In this document: in pieces, positions 10,615 to 23,562 of the stretch
Layout: every line of letters starts with the position of its first letter
Position numbering within the stretch: position 1 is the first letter of the stretch
Assembly: GCA_034226945.1 (NCBI GenBank)
Contig: CP120455.1
Location: 868,001 to 932,000 of the forward strand
Origin: Picochlorum sp. SENEW3
Lineage: Eukaryota
Reading direction: 5' to 3'
Length of the DNA stretch: 64,000 nucleotides
Notes under the pieces: model-generated
What the model saw: the letters and a program-made list of their open reading frames with translations, nothing else
Databases searched by the model: none
Told to the model about the DNA's origin: nothing
Position numbers and translations under genes: made by a program

Positions 10615-11909
10615 CTATGGTTTGCGAGAAAAAATATTTTGTAAGAAAAGATTTGTCGGAGTAGGCTCGACTTTCCGAACATCATCCACAACCATTTTCC
10701 TTGCGTCAAAATCTTTTGTCATCTGCAGTGGTGCAGCAGCAGACTCTCCCTTCTCTTGATCAACCTGAGCGCGATCTTTCTGATGACTCGATGCTGGTTG
10801 CTTCATCTCTGTAGCACTACTTTGTTGCAATTTCATTTTCTTTATCTTTTCTTTCATCGCTTGCAGGCGTGGCGGTAGAGCAATCTTTCGCTTGTCTACC
10901 TTTTTCTTCTCTGGGCTTTGAGACATGTCAGATCCAAGCTGGTTCTCGCCTTCTCCAACCAAACCTTTTGCTGCCACGTTTGTCTCATCCTTATCTCCTT
11001 GGTTTTTTTCCCCTATATTTCCTGGCTTGTCATTCCGGGCATCCTGAGAAGCCAATTGATTATCATTTTCGCTTGCGATGGAAGACACAATCAAAGAGGA
11101 AGTTTTGGGACTATTTTCCGGTTTGCTCCCTCCTTTGGCAGATATTTTCTCATTCCTATTACCAAGATAAATCTTGGCATCTCTAAGTGCGGTTAATTCT
11201 TTGCTTTGAGAAGCCATTGCCTCACCTCTGTTTTGTTCTTGCGTCTCTGTTGCAGCGTGTGCAGGAGGAACCCTTTTATGTATGTCACTCCCAATTTCCT
11301 TCAAGGTCCTCTTCGTTTCTGAATCTAGTGGATTCTTCAAAGATTTCCTGCGTGCGGGCAGTTCGTCGCCTTGGGGAGGCATTGCCTTGATTCTCTCTGA
11401 TGGTTTGTCTCTGCCAGGAATCCTGGATGAGGGCCCATTCGTGTCCACCTTTGGTGTGTTCCCAAGGACCCGGACAGACATTGTCGAACTATTGTTATGC
11501 CCAGCATCCGCATGCTGCTGTCTTCTCTTATCGCCTTGAGGAACATTCGCATGAGGAATGATCTGATCTCTCGGGGTTTCACTCGGAAGAGGTTGTTGCC
11601 CTGTTCCACGCAGCTCTGAACAGAACTTCTCCACTTGCTCCAGAAGAGTGCCCGTTCTGACTTGGCGAGTCCAGGCTGCAAAAATATATGCAATAATCAA
11701 GCGTCGTGAGTACCAGGACCATGCAACCGCTGAACTCGTATTCATGGAATTCAAATACACAATACGCCAACAACAGCAAACGCACCTGTATCTACTCCAG
11801 TATGCCCTCTCTGATCCTTTGGAATAGAAATAGTCTGCAAGTATTCCTCTATGCCCAAGGCCTCGCCTTGTTGGTGGTCATATACTGTATTGTCAAGATT
11901 CTCCTCCAT
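10615..11909 (-). CDS. hypothetical hydrophilic, low-complexity protein (2 exons)
   Basis: ATG 11909 (MEENLDNTVY...VDT), then a GTGCGT..TTGCAG intron joins to AWTRQVRTGTLLEQVEKF of the 381-aa ORF. No family recognised. Confidence 0.6.
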
Positions 11910-11989
11910 TGCCGATGTGTTTCAACTGGTTCACTTCTATATTTACAATGGATCCATTTCATTAATTTTATAATTTATATATGCTCTCC

Positions 11990-13059
11990 TTAGAGTAAGA
12001 ATACGTCATATTTATCGTCAATGTCAGTTGCAGCCTCATCATCTGTCTCTGCCCCGCTGTCAAAATGGTCTTCTTCATGGAACTGCTCGATCGACATCTT
12101 GGTTCCTTCGTGGCCCTGTTTCCTACCGATAAATTTCTGTCTTTCTAGCTCTACTGCTTGGCGTAAGCCCATAATTCTCTCCGAATCCACCCCCATCATG
12201 GATTCTATTGGCACCTGTATCAAGGAACCATCGCCTGACTGCAATGCCGAGTGCATTGCCTTCATAGCCACCGACGCTGGGAGAGAATCAGCTTCGCCAG
12301 TATGGATCATATGGGAACCATGTATCCAGGATAAGATGGAATTCTTCATGTCATCCCACACGTGGCTCAGCTGGGTGGCTGAGCCTACACCTTGTATGCA
12401 CAGATCCAACTTGGCATTCCACGAGGGACCACATCCCGGTAGGGCAGCATCGTCGATGAGCAGTGACTGTTTCAACTCTTTCATTTTGAATGCAAATCCT
12501 GCTACAAGTTCCACCTGTCTCACCTGTCTCCTCCACGAAGCTCTCTTGTTCTTCCACACTTTTTTCACGCAGGTCCATGGAATGGAATCTTCAAGTTCCA
12601 GCATCTCTTGCTTGATAGATCGTACACGAGACATGAGATTATTCTGCTGATGCCCATGGGTCTTGAACACATTCTGCAGAGCAGTACAAATGATACATTT
12701 GGTTGAACTGGTTCCCTTTATACTTGGACAAAGAGCATGCGCGCATATTGCTAGATATCTCGCACCTTGATTTCTTTCACAGCGAGCGCCGCAGCATAAT
12801 AGATATTGGCATCTTTCACAGCGGTGTGAAATTCCTCTTGCTCCACCAGTTTGTTGACAAGTCCCTGGTCCTCCTCTGTCAGTCCAATCTCTTGCTGCAC
12901 TGTTTGATGTACTAATTCTTTACTATATCTAACAGTATCAGCTTCTGTGGCCTCTGCCCTTTTGATATTCGGCATAGAAGAGGAAGAGTCCCCGCCCAAG
13001 TTTTCCAGAGGGTTGGGGACTTGGTTGGGCTGTTTTATCTCCTCCACCTCGCCTTCCAT
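11990..13059 (-). CDS. hypothetical protein (2 exons) with a Trp-rich helical motif
   Basis: ORFs 12751..13059 and 11990..12670 are joined by a GTGCGA..CTGCAG intron. ELEDSIPWTCVKKVWKNKRASWRRQV is loosely reminiscent of WHIM3-like chromatin-protein motifs. Confidence 0.6.
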
Positions 13060-13276
13060 CTTGATATTTACTTTTCAATGTACTATTGAAGATACTGTCA
13101 ATTTGGTAGTGCTGACGACAGTCAATGCTTTCAAGCATAATTGTGCAGGGTCTGTATTTGGAACATTTCGAACATCAAGATCCCCAAGGAATGTGTATCG
13201 TCATTACGCGCTCAGACATGTATGAATTAAACACATATTATTTTGTTGCGAGCAAGACAGGGGCACATTCGCAGGT

Positions 13277-15472
13277 ATGGCGTCTCAGGATTCAGAGCAG
13301 CAGCAGCAGCAGCAGCAGCAAGCCTTGGAGGAGGCTGTGCTTAAATCTCAAGAGGAAGTGGCAAGGCAAGGTGATGTTGTTCGAGGATTGAAAGCCGAGA
13401 TGAAGGATGGACGGGTTGTACGGGTGCGTATTCTGTTCTGAGTCAAGTGGGTGCACGTCGTTCATGTATTGCTGAGTGCAAGGCTCATTCCGATGTGTTT
13501 ATGCCCGCAGTCGACCGTTGATGCCGCTATTGAAGAATTGAAGAATCTCAAGGTGGATCTCGAGGAGAAAATGAAGGCATACTCTGCGCTGACAGGGAAA
13601 GTATCTGGTGCTGATAAGGAGGCGTTCAGGGCGTCGTTGATCAATGTTCTCGAAAGGAAACTATTCTTCATTCCCGCTTTTAAGATTTATGGCTCAGTGG
13701 CTGGATTCTTCGATTACGGGCCCCCAGGATGCGCCGTAAAGCAGAATGTGACACAATTCTGGAGGCAGCACTTTGTCCTTGAGGAGAATATGTTGGAGGT
13801 TGAATGCCCAGCTGTGACACCAGAACCTGTGTTAAAGGCGTCAGGACATGTTGAGAGATTTACTGACTTTATGGTAACGGATGTCGTGACTGGCGATTGC
13901 CACAGGGCTGATCACTTGTTGGAAAGAATTTTGGAGGACATTTTGGATGATCCCAATGCTCATGGAGGGGCTGAGGCTGAGAGCGAGGCTCGCGAGATGC
14001 TGGTTCGAGTGGGAGAGATGGGAGCTCAGGATTTGGATGAAGCGCTAAAGAAGTATAATGCAAAGGCACCGGAGACAGGGAATGATATTAGTTCTGCATT
14101 TCCATTCAACCTTATGTTCAGGACATCCATTGGGCCAAAAGGAGATGTTGTTGGGTATTTGAGGCCGGAGACTGCTCAGGGTATTTTCGTGAATTTCAAG
14201 GATTTGTTGTATTACAACGGGTCCAAACTTCCATTCGCTGCCGCGCAAATCGGAAACAGTTACAGAAATGAGATTAGTCCACGCTCTGGCCTCTTGCGTG
14301 TGAGGGAGTTCACACAGGCAGAGATTGAGCACTTTTGCAATCCAAACGATAAGAGCCATCCAAAGTTCAAATATATTCGTGACTTGGATCCATTGTTGTA
14401 CAGCAGAGCTCTTCAACTAGGTACAGAGAAGAAACCACAAAGGATTTCTTTACGAAGAGCTGTTGAGGAAGGTATTATTGCAAATGAGACTTTGGGATAC
14501 TTTATCGGGAGAACATACACATTCTGTACGAAGATAGGTCTCAACCCTGACAGGGTGCGATTCAGACAGCATTTGCAGCATGAGATGGCCCATTATGCAG
14601 AGGACTGCTGGGATTGTGAAGTTGAGACATCCTATGGATGGATTGAGTGTGCAGGTCTTGCAGACAGATCTGCTTTCGACTTGAGTGCGCATGCAGCTGC
14701 AGCCAAGACAGATTTGAACGCATATGAGCAGTATACTGAGCCTCGAATGGAAGAAGTGGTCACCATTGCCCCCGTCAAAAAGATTTTGGGGAAAGAACTG
14801 AAGAGGGAGGGACAAATTGTAGCAGATGCTCTGAGCAACATGTCAGATTGCGATGCCATGGAAATGAAATCCATTCATGAAAAGGGTGAATCAGCTCCTC
14901 TCAAGGCAGGGGATACAGTATACCAAATTGATCCCTCATGGGTCAAGATTGAGAAAGAAACAAAGAAAGTTAATGGGAAAAGTTTCATCCCTGCCGTCAT
15001 CGAGCCATCCTTTGGAATTGGACGCATGCTTTATTGCATGTTTGAGCATTGCTATTACATTAGAGAAGGGGATGAGCGAAGGACAGTTTTTAAGTTTACT
15101 CCCATTGCTGCCCCTATCAAAGTGACAATATTCCCTCTCCTTGCCAGATCTGAATTGATTGAGAAGGCAGAAGATATCGCCAGAGAACTCCGACATGCTG
15201 GTCTGTCCAACTCTGTTGACTCTACAGGAACAACAATTGGAAAGCGATATGCTAGGACGGACGAAATCGGTGTGCCATTTGCGATTACTGTAGACTTTGA
15301 CACCTTGGAGGATGGCTCAGTCACCATTCGCGACAGAGACACCACCGCCCAAGTGCGCGCACCCAGATCTGATCTCGTCTCAGTCATGAAAAGCCTTGCA
15401 GCCATGGAAATGTCGTGGGAAGAACTGGTCGCCAAGTATCCAGCACAAGATGCACCAACATCAGAGCCGTAA
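13277..15472 (+). CDS. GARS: glycyl-tRNA synthetase (eukaryotic homodimeric type, WHEP domain)
   Basis: YLRPETAQGIF, YRNEISPRSGLLRVREFTQAEIEHF, VIEPSFGIGR, IGKRYARTDEIG; exon 1 MASQDSEQ8...QGDVVRGLK; intron 13424-13510. Confidence 0.95.
13298..13321 (+). repeat. (CAG)7CAA coding microsatellite, polyQ8 at the GlyRS N-terminus
   Basis: Read directly. Confidence 0.9.
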
Positions 15473-15581
15473 TATAAACATTTAAAAAAGAGATTTCGAA
15501 ATTCAAATTCCATGTCTAGGAGAAAAGTACCCTCTCGGCCAACCCTGTCACATAGAATAATTTCTATATAATATATACACA

Positions 15582-16071
15582 ATGACAGTTCCATCAATTG
15601 ACCTCTCTGCTCCAGTCCCGCGGGTAAACTTCCAACTCATGTCAAAATACGAGGGGAAGCGTGTGCGACTGGTTGGCAAGGTAGAGGAGATATCTGGCAC
15701 AACTATGAAGGTAAAAACATCTGATGATGCTATGGTGGATGTATTATTGACTGGAGCTGCGCCAACAGACGCGTTCGTCGAAATCGATGGAACCGTCGAA
15801 GGACCAAATGTCATCAGAGAAGAGTCCAACGTTGGCTTTGGGAATGACTTTGGTACGTATCAGTTGTATTTATATGTATTTTTTATCGTATTCACTGGAC
15901 AAGCCTGGCATAGCGCTGTATGGCGATAAAGTAGGAAGGGCACAACCACAACAACAACCACCAGAGTTGCTCAAGCATTGACTCGTGGTATCATATGCCT
16001 GTGCAGATATGAAGAATTACAACCAAGTGTGTACTCTAATGAATGATAAATATCGGAGCTTATTCTTATAA
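15582..16071 (+). CDS. RPA3: replication protein A 14-kDa subunit (2 exons)
   Basis: PRVNFQLMSKYEGKRVRLVGKV...FVEIDGTV...FGNDF|DMKNYNQ; intron 15853-16006. Confidence 0.85.
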
Positions 16072-16098
16072 GATGACGCAGATGTAATGCAACAATAA

Positions 16099-16497
16099 TC
16101 ACGGGTTTTGTCCACCCTCCTGGACGCCTTCCTTGTACCCTTTTATAAACTCCTTGATGGCCATTTGATACGCCTTGATCCTCACCGCATACTGATTCTT
16201 CAGCAGGGTCGACGCGATATCTTTGCCCTTTTGTGACACGCCCTTGGCTTCTTCTATTGCCCTATTGCTCTCTTCTACAAATTCTCTCATCATGGCCTCC
16301 TCTTTCTCTTTATCTTCAGGCTTGGTCTTCCATGTATCCAAATACATTGAAAATCCCTTACGAATATCTCCAAAACTGGCTGTCAGCGACTTCCTCTGAG
16401 GAGGGACGTATTCTGGTGGGTTTGGAAGAGGAGAAGGAAGGATGATTTCTTTCCACTCCCTGACGTGGTTTCTAAGAACATCTTTTACACGTTTCAT
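16099..16497 (-). CDS. hypothetical 132-aa protein
   Basis: Clean ATG ORF with protein-like composition (YQMAIKEFIKGYKEG). Confidence 0.65.
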   Translation of the reverse strand: MKRVKDVLRNHVREWKEIILPSPLPNPPEYVPPQRKSLTASFGDIRKGFSMYLDTWKTKPEDKEKEEAMMREFVEESNRAIEEAKGVSQKGKDIASTLLKNQYAVRIKAYQMAIKEFIKGYKEGVQEGGQNP

Positions 16498-16775
16498 CGC
16501 TCATAAAGTATCATTGTGCGTATCATATTGATGATATTGAGCATCAATTGAACTATATATACCTCGGAGTGGATCACCTGTCTTTTGTTTCAAGTTCTGC
16601 TGGTCTATCTTATATAGTCGTATTACGGAGTTTCAGGCTCCAATTCGACTGTACTGTAACCCACATTCATTAATTCCATGGATATGTAAGTTAGATAGTC
16701 TTCTAGCAATACTATTGAGTGAGACGTAACTCATTTTGTACCATATCTGTCCCGGATAGCTGTGTTGCAACAGAC

Positions 16776-19700
16776 ATGCATGACATGCGGGAAAGTGACA
16801 GTCAAGAGGCTTCTGCAAAGAGGCAGAGAAAGGACAGAGGTGACCCTGATTTTCATGATGGTGCCGATGGAATAGATCACCAGGAGGATGCTGAAGAGAG
16901 TTTGATGAATTTTGGGTTGAATTCTTTTCTCTCCGAGTGCCACGTAGAACACACTGAGAGTTTGGACGCTTGCCTATCTCGGTGTACAGATGCCTTGTTC
17001 GCCATTCCTGAGGGTGTTGTTGATGATAAGCCTGTCAGGAAGATGTTAGAGGAGTTCAATTTTCAGGGGATGAAGAACCCATTTGTGTTCAAGAGTCCTT
17101 TGCAAGTGAGGTATATTTGGGGGTCATCTATAGGTGCACTGAGTTCGTTTTCTCCGGTGGCTCAGATTGCTTTAGAGGTTCCATCTGAATGCTTTGATGA
17201 AAAGGATCATCTGAATCATCGGTATTATGCAAAAAGGATTTTGTACTTGTCTCACATTCTGGTTGCATTGAAAAAGATGAAGAAGGACGTGGGCATCTCC
17301 AATGTGCGTTGGTCCAAAACGTGCATTGATATGAGAAAACCATGTCTTGAGCTGTCATTCAAAGAATATGAGGGTTTGAGAGTCGAGATTTCTACAGCAA
17401 TAGCCGTAGAAACGTTTCCGTTGCATAAAGTTGGACCAGAGAGGAACACATTGAGGAGCGCTACTTGCACTGTTGAGGGAAGACATGAATTATGCTCAAC
17501 TCCGGTATATAATCGCGGGATTGTAGAAGATATGCTGGTGCTTCATTCTGCATCAGAGTTGACATCCTTGGCAAAACAATTTCCCAGAATGAGGGATGTC
17601 ATGGTACTGTTGATGGCATGGGCATCACAGCATGCTCTATTGGAAGGGTATGATGGGTTACGGGAGGAATTCCTGTTGGAGGTGCTCAAAATGGTCCTAT
17701 CAGAGGACCAGATTTATACTGTACAATGGATGCATTTGTTTAGGGGAGCACTGTTAGTGTTAGCAAATGAAACAAGGTTTTCGAAGAAGGGAGTCTTTGT
17801 GGAGACAAGGCCAGTTCCTGGGATTGTGTCTGCAGCTCCGTCTCACCAAGCATGGCGAAAATCTGGAGATCCTGTCATTTTTATAGATAGCACCGGGTGG
17901 AGGAATGCAGGTCAGAGGATCTCTGCGGAGGTTCTCCATCAGGCCAGTGATTGTGCCAAATCTACATTGAAGACCCTACAGGAGGCTCCAGGCCCCGATG
18001 CAATCGATACCATTTTCATGAAGAAGACGAATCCATTACTGGTGTTTGATATGTGGTGCAAATGCACTGTTGAAATGCCTACCTCTCGTCGGTTTGAGAG
18101 CGATCATGGTACTTGGCGTGATGTTGAAAATTCTGTGAAAAATGTTGCAGCAAGGGGTCTGGGAGATAGAGCAACTTTGGTCAGACTAGTGCATTCTCCC
18201 TACATCACTCGATCAAATGCTAAAGGCCATCTTGTGTCTATATCACACGAGTCTTCTGATGTCATCCTAGGATTGAGATTAGATGCACTGAAAGCCTCCC
18301 GTGCAGTGGATGTTGGACCTCCAGCAGACAATGCAACTGCAGCGAAAGAGTTCAGATTGTTTTGGGGAGACAAGAGTGAGTTGCGAAGGTTCCAAGATGG
18401 AAAAATATGCGAATCCGTGATTTGGTCTACAGATGAGTTAAACAAAGACGCAGTCGTAAGGCAGATTTTGGACTACATACTAAAAAGTAAATCACCAGTT
18501 GTGCATGTGGACATCCCAGCAATGTCTCTCCATGAATCCCTTATTCGATCCACAATTTCAGCGAATAAAGAAATTTTGGCTGAAAGGGCATGTATTGAAG
18601 GAGCGACGAAATTAGGTAAAATGCTAAAGTCCTTGGATGACATGACTCTGGGAGTTGTCAATACCCAGCCAGTCTCTGCAGTTTTAAGAAATACCGCAAT
18701 CTATCCCCCATTCCCTCATGAGCTGGCTGGAGGCCACTCAATACAGGAAAGTGATTTAATACCAAGGTGTTTGTCCGCTATAGATGTCTTTTGTCAGCTT
18801 GAAGGCTCTGGGAAATGGCCAGATGCTCCCGCAGCATATAGTAAAATGAAGGCAGCATTGGGCGTTCAGCTTGCCCAATCACTCAAGTCCACGTATGGCA
18901 TCGATGCACATGCATCTGAAAAATTTGTAGATGTTCTCTTCGAAGGATTCGCGTACAGGATAATACTATTCTCCGAAAGAGATGTGGCAGCAGTACAGAA
19001 GAAAGCAAAATCAGTCGGTTGGTCAGTGATATCTCCAGAGGAAAATATACCCCTTCGCCAGGATCAGCAAGGATTAATTTCATCCCTCGCCGCAGCACAT
19101 CCATCTTTTAAAAATTGTTGTAGGCTTTCCAAGCTTTGGGTAAACAGGCAGTGTCTTGGTAATCATATCAGAGAAGAAGCTGTCGAGCTTGTCTGCGCAG
19201 CAGCATACACAACTCATGTGGACATTGGCACTCAATGCCCAGCTTCCTCCTCGGCAGGTTTCATGGCATTTTTGGATATAATTGCGAATCATCCGTGGGA
19301 TGTCCAACCACTTCTGCTCGATCGCTCGATAGCAGAGGAGGCAGGGAGACTTATGATCCGCCTGAGAGCTGTGGGAAGGGCACCAGCCATGTTTATTGTA
19401 ACTGGTAAGAGGAACGAGGGCGATACAGTGAACTGTGTCGGGTGGACCCAAGATAAACCAAGCAAACCTGTGATGTTTCGAGCAAGAGCTCTGGCAAAAA
19501 AGGCGATCAAAATCATGCATAGATACATCCTTGGGTCTGCCAGAGATGGTTCTACCCACAGCTTGCCAGAAATGGTGTTTAGCCATCCCATGAAAGACTA
19601 CGAGGTCCTCATTAGATTAAGAAAAGATGCATTAGACAACATGGTGAATCAGAATCGCTTTGCTGCAGAGTCTGAATCTGGGGAACGGGTGTCAATAAAA

Positions 19701-20090
19701 GCAACCCTTCTTCCTGAAGAATCAAAGTATTGTCGAGCTGTTTTGTCAGGTATACCTAGAACCCTCATCGAAAACAAGGGAGCAAAAGCGATCCGAAAAG
19801 ACTTGTTGATCGGTTTCAACGCCACAGAGATTTTCGCAACTCTCTTGGAGGAAAAATATGGACCTGTAGCAATCACATGTGTTGACATCCTGGGAGGCGA
19901 TACGATTGGTTTGAAGATCAAGCCCAAATTCTTGGCTCCACATGAATACAATCCAGACTATTCTTGCCCTATTTTCGACCCAATGGATATCGGCGAAAAC
20001 AAAGTCGCAATAAACTTTGAGGCATTTGCCCAAGATATTCTTAGTGTAGGTGCTGGCTTTGTCGATTCTGTTGATATCCAGACACAATGA
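16776..20090 (+). CDS. NOL6: Nrap / U3 snoRNA-associated protein 22 (NOL6)
   Basis: KDHLNHRYYAKRILYL, FRLFWGDKSELRRFQDGKICESVIW, QLEGSGKWPD; ~1100 aa. Confidence 0.9.
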   Translation: MHDMRESDSQEASAKRQRKDRGDPDFHDGADGIDHQEDAEESLMNFGLNSFLSECHVEHTESLDACLSRCTDALFAIPEGVVDDKPVRKMLEEFNFQGMKNPFVFKSPLQVRYIWGSSIGALSSFSPVAQIALEVPSECFDEKDHLNHRYYAKRILYLSHILVALKKMKKDVGISNVRWSKTCIDMRKPCLELSFKEYEGLRVEISTAIAVETFPLHKVGPERNTLRSATCTVEGRHELCSTPVYNRGIVEDMLVLHSASELTSLAKQFPRMRDVMVLLMAWASQHALLEGYDGLREEFLLEVLKMVLSEDQIYTVQWMHLFRGALLVLANETRFSKKGVFVETRPVPGIVSAAPSHQAWRKSGDPVIFIDSTGWRNAGQRISAEVLHQASDCAKSTLKTLQEAPGPDAIDTIFMKKTNPLLVFDMWCKCTVEMPTSRRFESDHGTWRDVENSVKNVAARGLGDRATLVRLVHSPYITRSNAKGHLVSISHESSDVILGLRLDALKASRAVDVGPPADNATAAKEFRLFWGDKSELRRFQDGKICESVIWSTDELNKDAVVRQILDYILKSKSPVVHVDIPAMSLHESLIRSTISANKEILAERACIEGATKLGKMLKSLDDMTLGVVNTQPVSAVLRNTAIYPPFPHELAGGHSIQESDLIPRCLSAIDVFCQLEGSGKWPDAPAAYSKMKAALGVQLAQSLKSTYGIDAHASEKFVDVLFEGFAYRIILFSERDVAAVQKKAKSVGWSVISPEENIPLRQDQQGLISSLAAAHPSFKNCCRLSKLWVNRQCLGNHIREEAVELVCAAAYTTHVDIGTQCPASSSAGFMAFLDIIANHPWDVQPLLLDRSIAEEAGRLMIRLRAVGRAPAMFIVTGKRNEGDTVNCVGWTQDKPSKPVMFRARALAKKAIKIMHRYILGSARDGSTHSLPEMVFSHPMKDYEVLIRLRKDALDNMVNQNRFAAESESGERVSIKATLLPEESKYCRAVLSGIPRTLIENKGAKAIRKDLLIGFNATEIFATLLEEKYGPVAITCVDILGGDTIGLKIKPKFLAPHEYNPDYSCPIFDPMDIGENKVAINFEAFAQDILSVGAGFVDSVDIQTQ

Positions 20091-20112
20091 TCCTCTCTGT
20101 AATACCATTTGT

Positions 20113-20967
20113 CTACTCAATAACGCGCACACGATGGCTCAGTCTATTTTGTAAGCTACCCTGAACGGCTCTAGCATTCCTCTGCATATTACCGAATTCC
20201 ACAAAGCGTTCAAGCTGATCAGGCTTGATGGACACAGGTTCTACACCAACCAGCCACGACACATTTTCTGTACAAGGGGGCGTGGTGAGACTTCCTCTGT
20301 ACCAGATATATTTTCCACCTGGAGGAAGCAAGGACCTCAACGCATATCCCTGGCCATCTTTTGAACCGACACCAGAAGAGGAAGGAGACGATGCTATCAG
20401 CACATTATCCATCGCCCTGTCAAGCATTTCACAACGTCTCTTTCCCCTCTCAAGGAAAACACCAATGACCAGAATGCTATTATCGCTCGTAGAATCACGG
20501 TTACGATGCACGAGGTGAGCTTCCATGTCAAAGTCCTGTTTCCCAAGTCTATGCTCTCCAGGGTGATGAAAATGAACCTGATCGAGAATAAACGTCTCCC
20601 CATTCAATTCCACACATACATTGGCATCCTTAAAATTAATCTGAGGCGATCCGTGCCCATTATTCACCACCTCTCCCGACACCTGCCCTGTTGGGTACCT
20701 AATATGCATCTCATGTGGCTCTCTGTCATCTGTTGCAGTATTCAACCCACCAGCAGAAGAGAACGACAGATCAATTGGTGATTGCTCTCTTCCTTCTTTG
20801 CACACACCTTCCCAAGCCTCATCATACGTCCATGATCGAGCCGGGCTCGGTGGAATACTAACGAGCATGGATATCAAGGGAACTGTCAGGACAGTCCGGC
20901 GAGAGGCTCCACAGCGGATCGACATCCCTTGATGCTCCAACCGCACCCTATGCACTCTTCCTAGCAT
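20113..20967 (-). CDS. alpha-carbonic anhydrase, probably thylakoid-lumen (CAH3-like)
   Basis: [39 protein letters not shown]-terminal transit-like region with SRR followed by a hydrophobic stretch. Confidence 0.9.
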   Translation of the reverse strand: MLGRVHRVRLEHQGMSIRCGASRRTVLTVPLISMLVSIPPSPARSWTYDEAWEGVCKEGREQSPIDLSFSSAGGLNTATDDREPHEMHIRYPTGQVSGEVVNNGHGSPQINFKDANVCVELNGETFILDQVHFHHPGEHRLGKQDFDMEAHLVHRNRDSTSDNSILVIGVFLERGKRRCEMLDRAMDNVLIASSPSSSGVGSKDGQGYALRSLLPPGGKYIWYRGSLTTPPCTENVSWLVGVEPVSIKPDQLERFVEFGNMQRNARAVQGSLQNRLSHRVRVIE

Positions 20968-21127
20968 CTTAAACCAATATATTCACTTCTATAGGTCAAT
21001 GGAAGGATTATAGATGTTATTTGATCAAGGTTGAAGAGTTACAGCATTGCTTGTGTCGAAATGATTTCTACCGCTTTTTCGATTCAAATGCTTCAAAATA
21101 AAGTCCAAACAAAAAGATATATATACA

Positions 21128-22162
21128 TTAATCCGCATTTACGTTTAGATTCTCGATCTTCTCCTCGACATCATCAGTCGTCACAGATGAAGGCCTCTCT
21201 TTCAGAATCTCTTCTCTCGGCTTTGCACCTCCAAAGATGGAAGCTCTAGGCTGGGCATCGGACGACTGATCAATGGGCTTGCTTCGTGGCTTCAACTTCA
21301 ACTTTGGCCTCTCTTTGGGTGCTTCAGAACTTCCATTCTGCTGATCATCAGCCTGTCTCCAGTCGTCATTGAAACCACGACGGGGTCTGTCATCAAAAGC
21401 TGTGGGGGGAGCATCTGATCTGTGTCCCCACCTAGCTTCTTGATCAGCGCGAGAGAATCTCTCACGAGACCCATCCCGTCGTGGATGCCCGCGTGGACTG
21501 GGGACTCGTGGTCGATTTGCTCCCCAGTCATTTGCAAGATCAGCCCGTGAAGGCTCATCTCGTGGCGGCCTTTCTTCCCTAAAGCCACCACCAAATCCTC
21601 TCCTCTCACGATCGAATCCTCCTCCTCCAGCTCCGCCGGAAGGCACAAACTTCCTCTCCGAGCCCCAATCATCTGTTGCATCTGCACGAGATGGCATGTC
21701 ATCCTCCCTCGGTCCCCTCCTTGGAGGCCTCTCATCCCTGTCGAAACGTCCTCGTTGTTGCTGACCACCACCATAAGATTTGAATGCACCACCAAGAGTC
21801 TCACCCCCTTCCGCCTCGGCGTCGCCCTGACGAGCGCGAGGGGCTGTTGGCAGAGACATGAGCAAATCAGCCCGGGCTGCGGGGCCAGGACCGCCCCCAC
21901 TCACAAACTCTCCCAAAGACATGGTCTGCTTCTTCTTCTTTCCCTTTTTACTAGCTGCTGGTGCAACAGCCGCTCCGAGTGAAGGAAACTCTTCTTCTTT
22001 TGCAACTGGCACTTCAATACCTCCTACAGGACATATACCGATACTATAGTCAATTATAGTGAATATATGCGTCTAATTCATACACAGAAACCCACCATTT
22101 TCTTGTTCCTCTTCTTCGACCGCATTCGCCCATGCGCCGGCAGGTGCTCCCCATGCTGACAT
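21128..22162 (-). CDS. eIF4B: plant-type translation initiation factor 4B (2 exons)
   Basis: MSAWGAPAGAWANAVEEEE, FPSLGAA, KKKQTMSLGEF, LPTAPR, SRAD..DDWG, ERPKLKLKPR, IFGGAKPREEIL. Confidence 0.85.
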
Positions 22163-22407
22163 TCTTCAGTCGTATACGTACTATTCCTTTGCAATAATTA
22201 CAAAATTAGAAATACTTCTGTGTCATATGTTCTCGTCAGTATTCTCAAATCTCAGATCCGACAGAGCAGTGGATGCCAGCAGGATGTATCCAATCAAAGA
22301 AGATGCAGGAAAAAGGTCATGGCCTGGCACACACTGTATATATACATATATGTCGTGACGATCAAGTCCTGTCCATTCGTTGGTATGTGTATCCAGTATA
22401 TTTTGCG

Positions 22408-23562
22408 TCAGTGTATCATCCTGTTGGTTGTTCTGCGGCTATTCAAGAGGGTGGTACTGATGTCTGTCATTTTCTCCTTGCACACGAGCAAAATGGCTGC
22501 TCCGAGAATGCTTTGAGTGATTTTGGTGCTCATACCTCGGTAATATCCGGCTACTCCTTCTTTATGAAAAATTTGACGCACAGCGTCCTGGACGCTTGCG
22601 TATTGGATATCAGCATCCTCCTTGCGTGCAGACATCATCCGAGTCTTGACAGTGAGCATTGGATAGGTCAGGACAGTTGCGCCTGCTTTTGCGAGTGCAC
22701 TCATCAGAAATACCTGTAACGTCGAAGGCCTCGCAGTATCAATCGTCCTCTTCTTTGTTCGAATCGATATTCTTGCACGGACACTCATGAGCCATTCATA
22801 CAAGGCATATTGAATGGTTGGATTTATCACCATGATGAGTGATGCTCCGACACCATTCCAAAACCCGCCGAGCCCATATTCACTAAAAATTGATTTAATA
22901 ACAGACAATGCATTCGGAGAACCAATGCTCTTGTGTTTTGCATCAAGAGAACGGTAGGTTTGCATTCGTGTGGCCACCATCCATATGGGATTTGTGAGCA
23001 GGACATTGGCCATCCCTGCCAAGGATGCGATGGCAAGTGATTCTCCCACCTGCAACTCCATCCCAATCGCACCATGTTTCCTACGTTTTACTGCCATACC
23101 GCGAAGCACGCTATAAAAATAAAAATACACCCCTTGGGATACTGTTGTACCAAACAAGGATGCGCCAAGCCCACTGTACAGCACCTGTATCTTCTTCAGC
23201 ATCTCCTCCGCCCGAGGCATTTGTTCTTTGAGTTCTGTATGATATAAGATATCCTCTTGTGTCGTTCTATCGCCACCATCATCATCATCATCATCATCAT
23301 CTTCTTCTTGGTGACACAGTTTGCCTTTTTCTTCTTCTTGTTGTTGCTTTTGGCTTGTACTGCTCGCTTGTCGTGTTGCAGACTACATCGACAGATAAGA
23401 CAATGTCATTTTTATAACATCTGATATAGATCACAGCACCAAGGATCGTACAGTCATCAACGGATACGTGAGAATTGTTGCCAAACAACCCCCCAGGGCA
23501 CCCGCGACACCCTCAACCACCGCCTGTGGTACAGGGCCCTGCTGCTCTTGTCTGTTATTCAT
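22408..23562 (-). CDS. peroxisomal NAD/adenine nucleotide carrier (mitochondrial carrier family, PXN/PMP34 type)
   Basis: AGALGGCLATILTYPL, SQGVYFYFY, LLTNPIWMVATRMQ, NPTIQYALYE, TYPMLTVKTR; one intron after YPLMT. Confidence 0.85.
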
